The notes: a model not told the origin generated them from the letters alone. A DNA stretch of 64,000 nucleotides from a bacterium (GCA_963674595.2 CAXXFV010000010.1:13777-77776), one strand, 5' to 3'; shown: positions 19,101 to 28,961, numbered from the stretch's first letter. Numbers and translations are program-made.

Positions 19101-21065
19101 TGAAGCGGTAACTTTATCCGTTGATGGTGACAAAACATCCATCTGCCCTTTTAATGCACTTATTTTATCCAACAAATCTGCATGTGCAAAATAATTATCC
19201 TTCGTACCTGGCAGTAAAGCAGCATATTTATCTATCTGAGCCTGAATTGACCCGACAGTTGCCTGGGTTGAGGTATTTAAACTGTTTGTTGCCGGTATAT
19301 TTTTTTGCTCAAGCTGTGTTTGTAATTTAACTAGTTGCGTTTCATAGGCCCCAACTTCGCCGTTAAGCGTTTTACTCTCCTCGTGCAGTGTTTTCGTTAC
19401 GGAAGCATACATGCCGTATTCGGCAAACAAACTTTTAGAGTTGGCATCTGTTATCGCTATGGATGTTGCATTATGATCAACGGTTGTGTTTAACTCTGAA
19501 ATTTTTCCATTTACTTCTTCAATCCGTTTATTAATAACCTCTCCGCCCAAATTACCCATCTTAGTTGCGGCATCGCCTGCATTAATACCCACGTCGGCAT
19601 ATAATAATTTTAACCCCTCCGTGATGGTGGATAATGTTTTTTCCTGTTCAGCTGTTTTATTTTCTTGTTCTGCAAGCGTTCTGTATTGCTCTTCCAGTTT
19701 TAATAAATTACCCGTCTGAACGGAAATATTGTCAATATCAGATAATCTTTTGCTTTCCAAATAATCATTTACCGTATTAAGAGCCACGATGGCAGTGACA
19801 ACAGAACCTATGGCAATAGCAAAAACACCTAATGGCGTGGCAATTAAAGTTGAAAGCGCACCGGACACTTTGGTTATGGCTAAATAAGTGCCGCCAAGCG
19901 TTCCCAAAGATAAAGCTAAATTGGAAATTCCTGTTACCGTTGCTGTTACAGCCTCTTTATGCTCATTCAGCCCTTTTAAAAAATCCGTTAAAATCGGCAA
20001 AAAGGATGATTCACCCATATCAATAAAAGCAACCTGAACGGTATTTTTAAACAGTTCAGCCTGACTCAAAAATGTATTCATCTGAATATCAAAAGCGGCT
20101 TTAGCGGCTCCGGCAGCATTGTACATGGCTTCCGTTTTTGTTCTAAAATCCTCAGCCTGCTGCCCGGTCAATGCAAAATAAGCAAGCAGCCCCTCTTTTC
20201 TGCCAAGCAAATCACCAATGGCGACGTTGTATTTTTCCGTATATCCCTTGATTGCTTCCAAAGCCCCTGAAAGCCCGCCCATAGACTCGATCAATTCTTT
20301 GCCGGAGGCAACCTTTAGAGCTTCAAAAAGCCCCTGCATTTGTTCGGTCGGTTTAATCAAGGCCGTCAACAGCGATTCGATTTGTGTGGTGACTTCCGAC
20401 GTATTACCGGTCACACCGGTTAAAGTCGCCACGGCCCCGGACAGTTCTTCAAGCGGGACTTTCATTTCAGCGGTAAGCGGAATAGCGCCCTGTAATGATG
20501 AGGCTAACTGCTGAATAGTCGTAACACCCAAAGCTACGGTCTGAAAAGCAATATCTGAAACCCTGTCAACTTCCGTCCATTCAAGCCCGTACCCCTTAAT
20601 CGTCGCGCTGAACAAATCAAAGGTATCTGCCGTGTTGGCAACTCCGCCGATGGCTGCTTGCGCTGAGGTTCCCAAAACGTTCATGGCATCTTTGGCCGGA
20701 ACAGTGGCAGAAATAACCTGGTATAATGCATCGCTCAAAGCTCCGGGTCCCTGCGGTATTCTGGTTGACATTTCCAGAATATCCGCGTTCATATTATCAA
20801 AAGCTTTTGACGCCTCGGATGATGGACCTAATAATGTATGGACATTCGCCATTTTTGATTCAAACAGCGCCGATGCCGTGACAGCCGTACCAAATGCGGC
20901 AGTGGCAGCGCCGACAGCAACTACAAGAGACTGGTTGATCAATTTTGTCGTATCATCAACCTGCCCGTTTGCTGTTTTAAGGGCATTTGCAAATTCTGTC
21001 GTGCCTGCTATTCCAAGATAGGCGACAATGTCGCCGCTTCCGAACGACCCGGAGAATAAAGACAT
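16137..21065 (-). CDS. Tail tape measure protein (TP901 core)
   Basis: 1642 aa; FESKMANV...ALYQVISA...GVTTIQQLASSL core; long coiled coils; C-terminal HxGG/AHTG motif. Confidence 0.93.
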   Translation of the reverse strand: MSLFSGSFGSGDIVAYLGIAGTTEFANALKTANGQVDDTTKLINQSLVVAVGAATAAFGTAVTASALFESKMANVHTLLGPSSEASKAFDNMNADILEMSTRIPQGPGALSDALYQVISATVPAKDAMNVLGTSAQAAIGGVANTADTFDLFSATIKGYGLEWTEVDRVSDIAFQTVALGVTTIQQLASSLQGAIPLTAEMKVPLEELSGAVATLTGVTGNTSEVTTQIESLLTALIKPTEQMQGLFEALKVASGKELIESMGGLSGALEAIKGYTEKYNVAIGDLLGRKEGLLAYFALTGQQAEDFRTKTEAMYNAAGAAKAAFDIQMNTFLSQAELFKNTVQVAFIDMGESSFLPILTDFLKGLNEHKEAVTATVTGISNLALSLGTLGGTYLAITKVSGALSTLIATPLGVFAIAIGSVVTAIVALNTVNDYLESKRLSDIDNISVQTGNLLKLEEQYRTLAEQENKTAEQEKTLSTITEGLKLLYADVGINAGDAATKMGNLGGEVINKRIEEVNGKISELNTTVDHNATSIAITDANSKSLFAEYGMYASVTKTLHEESKTLNGEVGAYETQLVKLQTQLEQKNIPATNSLNTSTQATVGSIQAQIDKYAALLPGTKDNYFAHADLLDKISALKGQMDVLSPSTDKVTASNIPLKDSTFAYGSELSTVMGMMFDVRGYQDTIDEGNKKITLSTNDATFAVIGYRDANEAVAAAEKLLEDPREKQIEQLELVLMNYEHTPAQAAKIEKAIKKLSEETDKGGKDFADYAKFIGDIINEIPGVDDGLKKFTTSLVNVVTSGFDPLTIATTAFSFIMGAFNNTTKVAVISTDELKERMGELGDRITEAQAALDNFGNEFESSLIEGKQKALKGLMEHAAELTTMYDHAVTQGQKDQINKWYYETNVAINKLLEDIERLTKAFQFDTDFSNAKEGLDYLSSKALEMTDYFGSAFDNAGLQELLNESITANKEILATLDPTTQAYIDMQESIWKAEAAMAVMRGEVETATQYYEQHGIVIAGVNDQLNQNNDELEENIDKVKTWSEIWTEAIDGLNGDFNQWTKDANSVNKLLDQLEYFNIDLIGSDYQDDISKFMGELNQQLSELDPNSQAWADLKKIIDDLTLRIYDMTYGTDQLSTSVNNTADDLKATIDAINIKIASYTGAVAAMQQQKTEIEVQITAKKDAVKGLNAFILEKAKELADLPIKFSADLISLRQELQDAQNEVARISQEHNDKNSALTLDIQLKEADKKSLSDIIGQLEKYKSALNMDYGKGGFKKAMEEMDFYEISKAIENLTGKTTELTIAWGEMVDEMFSEYSGFENDLKTATEAIDQILYFNLDLDTTEADEQINAAIFRMQDYLKTLNPDSDAYREAKKGLDELIKKFESMGGELDREKALDLNIDLAGDGIDNIDQEIQDLYDQITQNDLQFNIDVQAAMDNVEAVNLKIQELYSKYAEEHLKITTDIQDAKDQIDVLNQDINDLNAINLQLDIDIQAALDQIEILKRQLKDLQNPQLQIGGDKKGGGGDTLHVGGYPTAHTGLLFPNETLAKIDKREFVLRPEVTDRFGPERLKTFNASLDPDVFNDKKQNDPVQYIGQSDPVNVIVHEAGPQTYVEITDKYIHPRIQTRDRNFKAGSSPYKR

Positions 21066-21073
21066 TTATACCT

Positions 21074-21430
21074 TTATGTTTTATTTAAAAACTTGCTCAC
21101 CATACTTTTGACCTTCTTTTTTTCATTTTCACTTTTCACGTCCCGAAAGACACTTTTTATATTTTTCTCTTTTGTGAAAATCCGTATGATGACAACGATC
21201 AACGCATCAAACAGATTTTCCAATATTCCCGGTAACTGCCTGGTTAAAAACTCTAAAATTACATCTGATGAGGTTTTAAAGTTTAAGGATTCAATCAGTA
21301 ATAGACGCCGGTCAGTGTGGTTCAAATCTTTCAAAAGCTCAGGATCAAAGGGTCCTCTGTATCCGAACTTTTCGGCAAGAGCTACCTGGAGTCTGTACTC
21401 TGTCCACTCTCCGACGTCCCTGAGTTTTTT
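21074..21430 (-). CDS. Tail assembly chaperone GT extension (-1 frameshift product)
   Basis: The -1 frame is open from slippery A AAA AAC (21430-21424) through LRDVGEWTEYRLQVALAEKFGYRGPFDPELL into the 21074-21334 ORF. Confidence 0.75.
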   Translation of the reverse strand, partial: KKLRDVGEWTEYRLQVALAEKFGYRGPFDPELLKDLNHTDRRLLLIESLNFKTSSDVILEFLTRQLPGILENLFDALIVVIIRIFTKEKNIKSVFRDVKSENEKKKVKSMVSKFLNKT

Positions 21431-21993
21431 TCCGTACCGCCGGTCTCATCAGGTTTGATTAATTTTGACAACTTTATCCAGTTTTCGGTAATTAACGTTA
21501 TAAGCTTGGTATTGCTTTTCATAATCTGTTTGAGGTATTCTATATCAGCGGTGTTTTTACAAAAGAGCTCACCGGTATCCGCCTCTTTTAACATTTTCGG
21601 GATTAATTCAAATATGGTCCGGGTCCGGCTGGAATCATTGGCAAGATAATGCGCCAGAGTTTCCGGTTTTGCCTTATCAAATTCCGCCAGTAATGCTTTC
21701 TGAATGTCTTCCGGGTTATTCGCAATTGCTTTTAAATAATCAGCCCTGTCTTTTTGCCATTCATTTTCATCAACCGGAAATTTGTCCAGACCTTCCAGTT
21801 TTAATTCGGCAAGACGCGTTTTATAAATTTTGTTTTGTTCATCCCGGATCGACCAGGCGTCAGGGGCCGATAACAACACCTGAATACCGTCGCTGCCGTT
21901 TACCGGTATGGTAAATTCAACGGTATGAATTTTATACTCGTTGGCATTTTTTAATAGTTCAATGGCTCCCATGGTGTCAATTCTCCTTTTCAT
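21382..21993 (-). CDS. Tail assembly chaperone G
   Basis: Between major tail and TMP; ends ...TEKN at the slippery heptamer. Confidence 0.75.
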   Translation of the reverse strand: MKRRIDTMGAIELLKNANEYKIHTVEFTIPVNGSDGIQVLLSAPDAWSIRDEQNKIYKTRLAELKLEGLDKFPVDENEWQKDRADYLKAIANNPEDIQKALLAEFDKAKPETLAHYLANDSSRTRTIFELIPKMLKEADTGELFCKNTADIEYLKQIMKSNTKLITLITENWIKLSKLIKPDETGGTEKNSGTSESGQSTDSR

Positions 21994-22267
21994 ATTTTTG
22001 TAATACCGGAAAAATCATTTTTTTCAACTTTAATATCGTTTGTTTGAATTTAAGGGGGTCCACTTTGAGGCGGCCCCCTTCAAGGTCTTTAATCACATTG
22101 TAATCAACGTTTTTAAAGTGAACGGTGGCCCGTGGACCGTATTCTGTTGTCATGGGTTCGATTTTTTCAGGTTCCAAACCGGTGACAATCATAAGGGCGC
22201 TGGCCCGATAAAAACAATCTGTTGTATAGTTTTTCATTTTTTTCTCACATTTTAAATAATAGGACAA
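21977..22267 (-). CDS. DUF5659-like small phage protein
   Basis: TTDCFYRASAL...VHF...KVDPLKFKQTILKLK pattern. Confidence 0.5.
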   Translation of the reverse strand: MSYYLKCEKKMKNYTTDCFYRASALMIVTGLEPEKIEPMTTEYGPRATVHFKNVDYNVIKDLEGGRLKVDPLKFKQTILKLKKMIFPVLQKYEKEN

Positions 22268-22284
22268 GCCGCCTGGGTAAAATA

Positions 22285-23079
22285 TTAAGCGGCGGCTTTT
22301 GCATATAAAACTTCGATAACAGTGCCGTTGGCCGGAGGGGTTGCAAATACAATTTTACCTGTGGAAAAAGAAACGCCTGACTTTTGCCGCGCACCCTGGG
22401 CCGTCGCCGATGACCGGACCTTGACATAAACGATATTATCAAGCAGCCAGTCTTCACGACCTCTGTCCGTGACCGTGACCAGGTTCAATGGTGTGCCGGA
22501 CAGGGTAAATTCCGTAGCCGCCCCGGTGCCGGTGAATTTGTCAAGACAGAGCATAGCCCCGGATGCCAGCAAAAACCAGTCATGACGGCCATAAAAATTT
22601 AAGGTCGCTTCGGCATTGAGCATGGGCTGGTTCCAGTTAAAGGGTTTTATGATCACATCCTGTAAACAAACACTGGCAATATGGGTATTGTCCGGTGTTC
22701 TTAAAACAGCTTCAAAAGCGGCAATCGGGGTCTGGGGAATGCGGCTCGGCAGGGCATACTCGCCGGTCGCACCCCATGTTTTACCGAGTAATCCGGCGAT
22801 AACCTGGCCGAGATAACCGGCTTTGATTTTCATATTCCCGGTAAATCTAAAATTTCTCTCGGATATTAAAGAGTCTTCACCGGCTCCCTGGTGAAAAACT
22901 TCATTGGATTGCTGGGGGGCCATTTCTCCTATTGAAGCATCCTGAATACCGGAAATGTTTACCGGCTGAATATCCGTGGCAACAGCCGCCCCGATATTAA
23001 ACATTCTCGTTAATGCATATTGACCGTCAACCATCAGGTCATCATTCAACGCCTCTAAAATTTCATAGATTGAGGCCAT
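22285..23079 (-). CDS. Major tail (tube) protein
   Basis: Position, size (264 aa), strong RBS AAGGAG. Confidence 0.65.
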   Translation of the reverse strand: MASIYEILEALNDDLMVDGQYALTRMFNIGAAVATDIQPVNISGIQDASIGEMAPQQSNEVFHQGAGEDSLISERNFRFTGNMKIKAGYLGQVIAGLLGKTWGATGEYALPSRIPQTPIAAFEAVLRTPDNTHIASVCLQDVIIKPFNWNQPMLNAEATLNFYGRHDWFLLASGAMLCLDKFTGTGAATEFTLSGTPLNLVTVTDRGREDWLLDNIVYVKVRSSATAQGARQKSGVSFSTGKIVFATPPANGTVIEVLYAKAAA

Positions 23080-23104
23080 AGTTACTCCTTTGTTAAATTA
23101 AATG

Positions 23105-23596
23105 TCACGTTTTGATATATAAATCGAATTCATACCGAAATTCGTCTTTGTCCTTTGTAAATACCTCTCGCGGGCCTTGAAGTTCAAGCAGCTTGATACC
23201 CATATCAGACATTTTTTTGCCTGTATAGTTTGTAAGCCCAAGCGTGATATTAAAAGCCACGTCGTTGATTTCTTCTTTTTTCTCCACGATCTTGAATAGC
23301 TGGGAGGAAATAATATTGATCTCCTCAGTCCCGCCGGTTTTACGGTCATCCCAGGCACCGATGGTACAGCGCCAGATTCTATTGGCCCTGCCGCCCTGGT
23401 GCGCGATCTTATCAACAAGCACCGGCTTTTCAAAATAAATCACCGGTTTTTCAAATTGATCAAGGACCTCCTGCAGGGGATAGGCTTCTACATATTCCCA
23501 GGCATCCCAGGGTGAAGCATCTGACAATTTCCGAAAAAACGTCAAAAGCGTTTTTTGGATATCGTCCAGTAAATGGGTTTCACGTATCAGGCTCAT
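23105..23596 (-). CDS. Putative tail terminator/completion protein
   Basis: Synteny: last neck gene before the major tail gene. Confidence 0.55.
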   Translation of the reverse strand: MSLIRETHLLDDIQKTLLTFFRKLSDASPWDAWEYVEAYPLQEVLDQFEKPVIYFEKPVLVDKIAHQGGRANRIWRCTIGAWDDRKTGGTEEINIISSQLFKIVEKKEEINDVAFNITLGLTNYTGKKMSDMGIKLLELQGPREVFTKDKDEFRYEFDLYIKT

Positions 23597-24024
23597 TGTC
23601 CCGCGTTCCTTATTTCGCTCATAACTTCATTCTCAAAATAGTTTCTAATTTCTTTCGATTTGCTGTCAACAGCGTCCTTGATAAAACGCCTCGGCTTTTG
23701 AGAGTTTGCTCCGTCATGCACAAACACATTATGCGGCGCTTTTTTGTTTGAGCTGTAAATGGCTCCCATTTCCGGGTTCCGCTTGTCATAAGACATTTGA
23801 ACGGAACCGGCCAGATCAGCCGTAACTCTCGGCACCGGCATTTCTCCTGTGCCCGGCCCACGCGTACCCGGTTTGTAATGCGGACCGGATACGTTTTGAA
23901 TGACTTCCTGATGCAGCACATCCAGACCGTATTCCACAACCCTGGGAACGACTTTTAACAGTACGGCATTTACATCGTTTGATTTTTTAAACCAGCCGCT
24001 TGTATCGACATATCTCTCAGGCAT
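23593..24024 (-). CDS. HK97 gp10-like neck protein
   Basis: PVPRVTADLAGSV...APHNVFVHDG...PRRFIKDA pattern. Confidence 0.7.
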   Translation of the reverse strand: MPERYVDTSGWFKKSNDVNAVLLKVVPRVVEYGLDVLHQEVIQNVSGPHYKPGTRGPGTGEMPVPRVTADLAGSVQMSYDKRNPEMGAIYSSNKKAPHNVFVHDGANSQKPRRFIKDAVDSKSKEIRNYFENEVMSEIRNAGQ

Positions 24025-24497
24025 TATTCGGATCTCCGTAAAAAAGCCAGTTGCCCGATGAGTCCGTCGGTCGTTAAATCATAAAAGTGTTTGATATAAC
24101 AGGCATAGTTGTAAACGGACGGGGTCACTTTAAAAAGCTCAAGGTTGATAATGTTTAAGTTAAAAAATGAACAATCAGCCAGGTTCACCGCTCCGATCAT
24201 GGCCAGGTCATCTTTTTTAATGTCACCGATGATACTTTTCAGGTCTTTGGATTCCAGCAATGTGTTGACAGCCGCCTTTAAAGGCATAAACCGGGCTTTA
24301 ATATGAAAAGTGACGGGTGTTGTATTTATCAATTTTGTCCCGTTACAGTTTGCAGCAGACGGATACAACCGGTGCCATTCCGCACTGTAGGTGCCGCGTT
24401 CAACGGTACAGGGGCATGTTGTCCCTGTTGTGCCGGTAACGACTGCAGCCTGGCCGCTCATAAAAAGATCACTGATAAAAACATCCTGGTCCGTCAT
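24024..24497 (-). CDS. Putative head closure protein
   Basis: Synteny; CPC...C motif seen in such proteins. Confidence 0.5.
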   Translation of the reverse strand: MTDQDVFISDLFMSGQAAVVTGTTGTTCPCTVERGTYSAEWHRLYPSAANCNGTKLINTTPVTFHIKARFMPLKAAVNTLLESKDLKSIIGDIKKDDLAMIGAVNLADCSFFNLNIINLELFKVTPSVYNYACYIKHFYDLTTDGLIGQLAFLRRSE

Positions 24498-24499
24498 TG

Positions 24500-24955
24500 T
24501 TACAACTCGAAAACTGTTTTGTTATTGGTTAAAACCTGACCTGTTAAACTGTAATCATCCCCGCCCGCAGATGTAAAATACATCTGTTGCAACGGGATAC
24601 CCAGCTCGGACAGACAGTCTTTCCACTCCTGTTCCAAAAGCAATGCAATCCGTTCCAAATCAGAAGCTTTGACATTTTTGATCTTGATGGGTCCGGTCTC
24701 AGAGTCCCCTCTTGGAGGAGCGGCGACAATCTTTTGAGCGACAAAAGCAATCTCTGCCGTTTTGGCAATGATTTGATCGCCTGCGTTTAATCCGCTGAAT
24801 GTCTGTGATTTTCTGCCCAGCATCTTGTCGATCCACTGATCGGCAAAGGGAATAAAAGCAACCGAATTCAGCAAAGCGTCTGAAACCTCAATAACGGCCA
24901 TTGTCCGCAACCGGAACCGAACTTCATCGGGAGTTATGTTATAACTGTCAGCCAT
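24500..24955 (-). CDS. Putative head-tail adaptor
   Basis: ITPDEVR N-terminus, position after the capsid gene. Confidence 0.55.
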   Translation of the reverse strand: MADSYNITPDEVRFRLRTMAVIEVSDALLNSVAFIPFADQWIDKMLGRKSQTFSGLNAGDQIIAKTAEIAFVAQKIVAAPPRGDSETGPIKIKNVKASDLERIALLLEQEWKDCLSELGIPLQQMYFTSAGGDDYSLTGQVLTNNKTVFEL

Positions 24956-24957
24956 TG

Positions 24958-25287
24958 TTATTTTTTAGTGTTTGCCGTTGGTGTGGTTTTTGGCTGATTA
25001 GAATTTGCGTTTGGACCGGGCGCTGTCTTTGGCTGATTAGAATTCGCATTTGGACCGGGTGCTGTCTTTGGCTGAACAGGATTTTCAACCTTATCTTTTT
25101 CCGGGTCACCGGCAGCCGTCAGCTTGCCGTCAATAATCAGTTTCATCCAGAACCCGGTCTCCGGGACTTTGTAAACCTTGTCAGGCTCTTTTTTAAAAGC
25201 GGTCCTGGAAACATCGAGCGTAAAACCGTTCTCATCTGTTCGCCAGATAGGTTCCTTCACTCTGACAGGTATCATTTTATTTGCCAT
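24958..25287 (-). CDS. Small capsid-adjacent protein with 39-bp tandem repeat
   Basis: QPKTAPGPNANSN repeated twice (~24990-25075). Confidence 0.65.
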   Translation of the reverse strand: MANKMIPVRVKEPIWRTDENGFTLDVSRTAFKKEPDKVYKVPETGFWMKLIIDGKLTAAGDPEKDKVENPVQPKTAPGPNANSNQPKTAPGPNANSNQPKTTPTANTKK

Positions 25288-25332
25288 GTTTTATTACTCC
25301 AATTAAGCAGTTACTTACTCGTAAAAAGTTTC

Positions 25333-25350
25333 ACCCGCTTCATGAGAAGC
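25333..25350 (-). terminator. Hairpin/terminator after the capsid gene
   Basis: CCGCTTC-atga-GAAGCGG with a T-run shortly downstream on the minus strand. Confidence 0.55.
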
Positions 25351-25362
25351 GGGGTTTATAAA

Positions 25363-26484
25363 TTAATGTTCAATATCAAGACAGCCGATTCCGTCGGAAT
25401 CGTTGATATTAAAATGAGATCGTTTCGAGACTGTAGACAAAACTTTTTGTTTGGTGATGATCTTGTCCATTTCGGTCATGTTCATGGTATCATTGGTGAT
25501 ATAGGAAACAGTAGATGAGGAATCCACACCGATAAAACGGTCTGCGGTCACAACATCTTCATCCCAGTCCTTACCAACCGGCAGTTTCATTCCGGTCATG
25601 CCCCATTGAGCAGACGGGTTCTGCATATTTGAAAGGGTGTCCCAAAATTCCTGCATATAGGCTTTACGGCCTACAAAGACATCGAGTTCATATCCGGATG
25701 GCAGCACAGATGCCAGTTTGATAATATCTTTCTTTTCAATCGAACCGGATGTTACAGTCGTGTCGGTATTTGCCGCTTTTAATCCGTTTCCGTTGCCGTC
25801 ACCATTCTGTAAGATGTAAATGAGGTCGTTGGTCTCATCGACGCCGATCTGTCGGCCAATCCGGTCCAGAGTCATTCCATACAAATTCAAAGGACTCAGG
25901 TAATAGACTTCATAGTCAAACTCGATACCGATGGCATATTTGTCCAGGGAAACGTTTTGTTTACCGGCTTTAACACGTTTGATCGGAATGTCCTCATCCC
26001 GGTTGACTCTTGATGTCCGGCGGTCCCCTTCGGTATCTTCAAGGTAAATGGACTTGTAATCCAACGCATCAATGGATACCATATTGGCGACAAAATCCGG
26101 ATAAAGAGCATTTCGGATGGACCCGGCAAAGATGGTATTGGCAACAAATTCCAGAAACAGAATACTGTTGCTGCTTACTTCAAAAAACTTGCCGACCAGG
26201 TCTGTTTTATCACCATAGGCCCGAATACCCGACATCTCAAGCGCCATTTCAAAAGCATTTTTTGGAATCGGCTGGTTGCTTTTTACAAGCTGCCGTCTGT
26301 ATTTGATCATCTCAAACTTTGACATGCCCTTGTAAATGGTTGGTTCAATGCCCTTTTCTTCAAAATAATCTTCAAGCCAGGCTGTAAAGGATTTTCCTTT
26401 ATTAGCGGCTTCATCAAACATCCCTTTCTCAAATTTTAGTTTGACATCAGGAAGTTTTTGTTTTTGTGTATTTATAAAAATCAT
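25363..26484 (-). CDS. Major capsid protein (HK97 fold)
   Basis: 373 aa; LDKYAIGIEFDYE, RIGRQIGVDE...ILQNGDGN pattern; synteny. Confidence 0.85.
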   Translation of the reverse strand: MIFINTQKQKLPDVKLKFEKGMFDEAANKGKSFTAWLEDYFEEKGIEPTIYKGMSKFEMIKYRRQLVKSNQPIPKNAFEMALEMSGIRAYGDKTDLVGKFFEVSSNSILFLEFVANTIFAGSIRNALYPDFVANMVSIDALDYKSIYLEDTEGDRRTSRVNRDEDIPIKRVKAGKQNVSLDKYAIGIEFDYEVYYLSPLNLYGMTLDRIGRQIGVDETNDLIYILQNGDGNGNGLKAANTDTTVTSGSIEKKDIIKLASVLPSGYELDVFVGRKAYMQEFWDTLSNMQNPSAQWGMTGMKLPVGKDWDEDVVTADRFIGVDSSSTVSYITNDTMNMTEMDKIITKQKVLSTVSKRSHFNINDSDGIGCLDIEH

Positions 26485-26538
26485 TGTGTCCTCATGTTAA
26501 TGAATGAATTGTGTACATGTATTTATCACACAGAGCGA

Positions 26539-26994
26539 TCAAAGTAAAATGTCGGCGTACCCTGAAGCCGGTACATCAACAGCCAGCACTTTACCGAATC
26601 CGCCAGTTGTGCCGTCATCAACCGCTTTCGCTGTTGAACCGTTGATAATGACCGTGTCACCAAGAGCAATGGTGCCGCTATAGGGTTTGTTTCGGATGCG
26701 TGTGGCCGGGTAACGGTTGCCGTTCTGATCGGCAAAGGTCTCCAGGTCAATGGTTAAATGATAGGTGTTGTAATTATCATTCTCATAGGCTACGATCTGA
26801 CCGTCCGGTATAGCATCATTGGCTGCCAGTCCGACCGTGTAAGCGGCTGAGGTGTCTATGCTGACATGAGTGCCCTCAACCTTTGAACCTGCATTGATCA
26901 GAGAAGTAATATGTGTAATCAAAGCGGAGTTTGGTTTAAAACCGATTCGCAACGAGTGTCCCCGGTCACCACCTCCGTAACTTCTGCGTCCCAT
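26539..26994 (-). CDS. Putative capsid decoration protein
   Basis: Between protease/scaffold and MCP; Gly-rich beta pattern; RBS AGGAGA. Confidence 0.55.
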   Translation of the reverse strand: MGRRSYGGGDRGHSLRIGFKPNSALITHITSLINAGSKVEGTHVSIDTSAAYTVGLAANDAIPDGQIVAYENDNYNTYHLTIDLETFADQNGNRYPATRIRNKPYSGTIALGDTVIINGSTAKAVDDGTTGGFGKVLAVDVPASGYADILL

Positions 26995-27044
26995 TTAAAT
27001 ATCTCCTAAAAAATTAATCGTTAATAAATTCTCACTTGGTCCGG

Positions 27045-28337
27045 TTATATGACCGGGGCCATATATCTGTCTATGGCTTCTTTTTTCGGCTCTTTTTCAT
27101 CACCGTTCTTAGTATCGGTATTGTCCGGCAATTGACCCGAGTTCGGATGTTTTTCGTTAAAGACCTTTAAATAGTCGGTAATCCGGTCGTTCAGCTCATC
27201 GATGCTGAATTTCTGGAACATGGCTTTCCGCTCTTCCAGTTTATCATCCTCGATCATCCCGGACAACTTGCCGATCTTTAAAGCATCCTGTACTTTTTCA
27301 GCATGGTAATCTTCAGCTTGCTTTTTTAAAGTTTTAGTTTGTTCAACTGATATATTTTCATTGCCCAAAGCTTCTTTAAAAGCTTTCAGGTTATTTTCAA
27401 CGGTTTCTTTGGCTGTTGCGGCATCTGATACATCTTGAGAAAGATCAGATATTTTCTTCTCAACAGCCGTCTCAATTTCTTTTATTACACTTTCTATGTT
27501 TTCCTCGGACACTTGTTTTGCAAGGCCCAGTGATTTGATTTGAATCAGTGCCATTCTGGTCTCCTGTTTTATGTGTGAATCATGTCTGACATCCTGTATA
27601 TCTTTCATAAAGGGCGAGTCGAAAATCTCTTTTCGTTTATCTTCAGGTAACTGCCCTACAAATTTTAAAAATGAGGGGTCTGTCTTTTTAACGGCTTCAG
27701 CTCCATATTGTGCACCCAGGAATACAAAAGACCCCTCTAACGCTTCTGCTTCCCATTCGTCCGTATTTTGATATTCGGCCCAGAGAAGCTTTTCGTTCAT
27801 GTCGCGTATTGCCATGCGTGCCGGAGCATTAAAGCCGATGGAAACGTGTTTAATAATGCCTGCATCTATCTTGTCAATGTCCTCATGACTGGAAAGGAAA
27901 TAACAGGTCGGTACGAGAAAATATAAACCGCCATCCATTTCCTGAACTTTTTCCAGCATTTGTTTGAATTTCCTGTATGGAACATTGCCGACTAACGCCA
28001 GTACCTCGTCGACGGTCAATTTTTCCAAACGGGATTTATAAAAAGTACCTTCACCCGGAGGTCCCCACCAGTGGCCATAAAGAACCGATTTGCCGGAGAT
28101 GGTATTGTTAAAACTCTTTAAAACCGGAAGTGAAAACCGCTCACCATCCCGGTCACGAAAGTTATTGGCCAGCCACAGGTCATAGGTTTTAAAATTCTCT
28201 TTTTGCCACCGATCAGGATTGGGCATGCCTTTTTTCATCAAATCAAAATCATTGTCAATCAACTCAACGGATTTGATGGATATGTCCCGCAGGACCTTTT
28301 CCAGTTTTTCACCTTCTTTAAAATGTGTATCTTGCAT
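27045..28337 (-). CDS. Prohead protease-scaffold fusion
   Basis: RDRDGERFS, VLYGH, IKHVSIGF, EGSFVFLGAQ motifs plus coiled-coil C-terminus; start likely MQDTH at 28337 after GAGGG. Confidence 0.8.
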   Translation of the reverse strand: MQDTHFKEGEKLEKVLRDISIKSVELIDNDFDLMKKGMPNPDRWQKENFKTYDLWLANNFRDRDGERFSLPVLKSFNNTISGKSVLYGHWWGPPGEGTFYKSRLEKLTVDEVLALVGNVPYRKFKQMLEKVQEMDGGLYFLVPTCYFLSSHEDIDKIDAGIIKHVSIGFNAPARMAIRDMNEKLLWAEYQNTDEWEAEALEGSFVFLGAQYGAEAVKKTDPSFLKFVGQLPEDKRKEIFDSPFMKDIQDVRHDSHIKQETRMALIQIKSLGLAKQVSEENIESVIKEIETAVEKKISDLSQDVSDAATAKETVENNLKAFKEALGNENISVEQTKTLKKQAEDYHAEKVQDALKIGKLSGMIEDDKLEERKAMFQKFSIDELNDRITDYLKVFNEKHPNSGQLPDNTDTKNGDEKEPKKEAIDRYMAPVI

Positions 28338-28359
28338 AATGCCCTCAATACCTGATGAA

Positions 28360-28656
28360 TTATTTACCAAAAATGCTGTCAACAAAAGCATTCAACCGGC
28401 GCACCCATTTGACACGGGAATAGACCAGACCATAAAGCCGGTGTAACGGACTCTTGTAATCGGGATGTGATCTGCCTTTGATGTGCTGGTAAAAATCATC
28501 GGCAAAAATAAACAAGCCGGCAGTTCCGATCAAAACCGGACAAAACCAGTGATCAGCAAACCAGATCATGACAAAACCGATATAAAGAATCAAAAGGCCC
28601 AAATACCCGTGATGAAAACCTTTCATGGAATGATTGTAATGGTCTTTATCTGTCAT
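28360..28656 (-). CDS. Small membrane protein
   Basis: HHGYLGL...two TM segments...ADDFYQH. Confidence 0.6.
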   Translation of the reverse strand: MTDKDHYNHSMKGFHHGYLGLLILYIGFVMIWFADHWFCPVLIGTAGLFIFADDFYQHIKGRSHPDYKSPLHRLYGLVYSRVKWVRRLNAFVDSIFGK

Positions 28657-28935
28657 TTACTTTTTTCCCTGATATTTTTGGCCCTTAAAATGGGAATCCT
28701 GCGATTCACTTTCCCTGACATCTCCAATATTCCCGGTGAACTTGCCGCCAGCCGCTTTTGATTCTGGCCAGATATGCGTTTTTTGGCCAGATTCTTTATT
28801 TACTGATTTTTCAGTGTTTAAATCGTTCTCTGCTTTTTTTCTTTGCTTTTGAAGCTGTTTGAAAATCTTTTGCGGATCATCACGTCTCCCGTATACAAAA
28901 GAGATCCCGGTTTCTTTATCGTAATATGTCGGCAT
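28657..28935 (-). CDS. Hypothetical protein
   Basis: 92-aa ORF with RBS GGAG. Confidence 0.55.
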   Translation of the reverse strand: MPTYYDKETGISFVYGRRDDPQKIFKQLQKQRKKAENDLNTEKSVNKESGQKTHIWPESKAAGGKFTGNIGDVRESESQDSHFKGQKYQGKK

Positions 28936-28961
28936 ATCTAAACTCCATATTTAAATTATTT

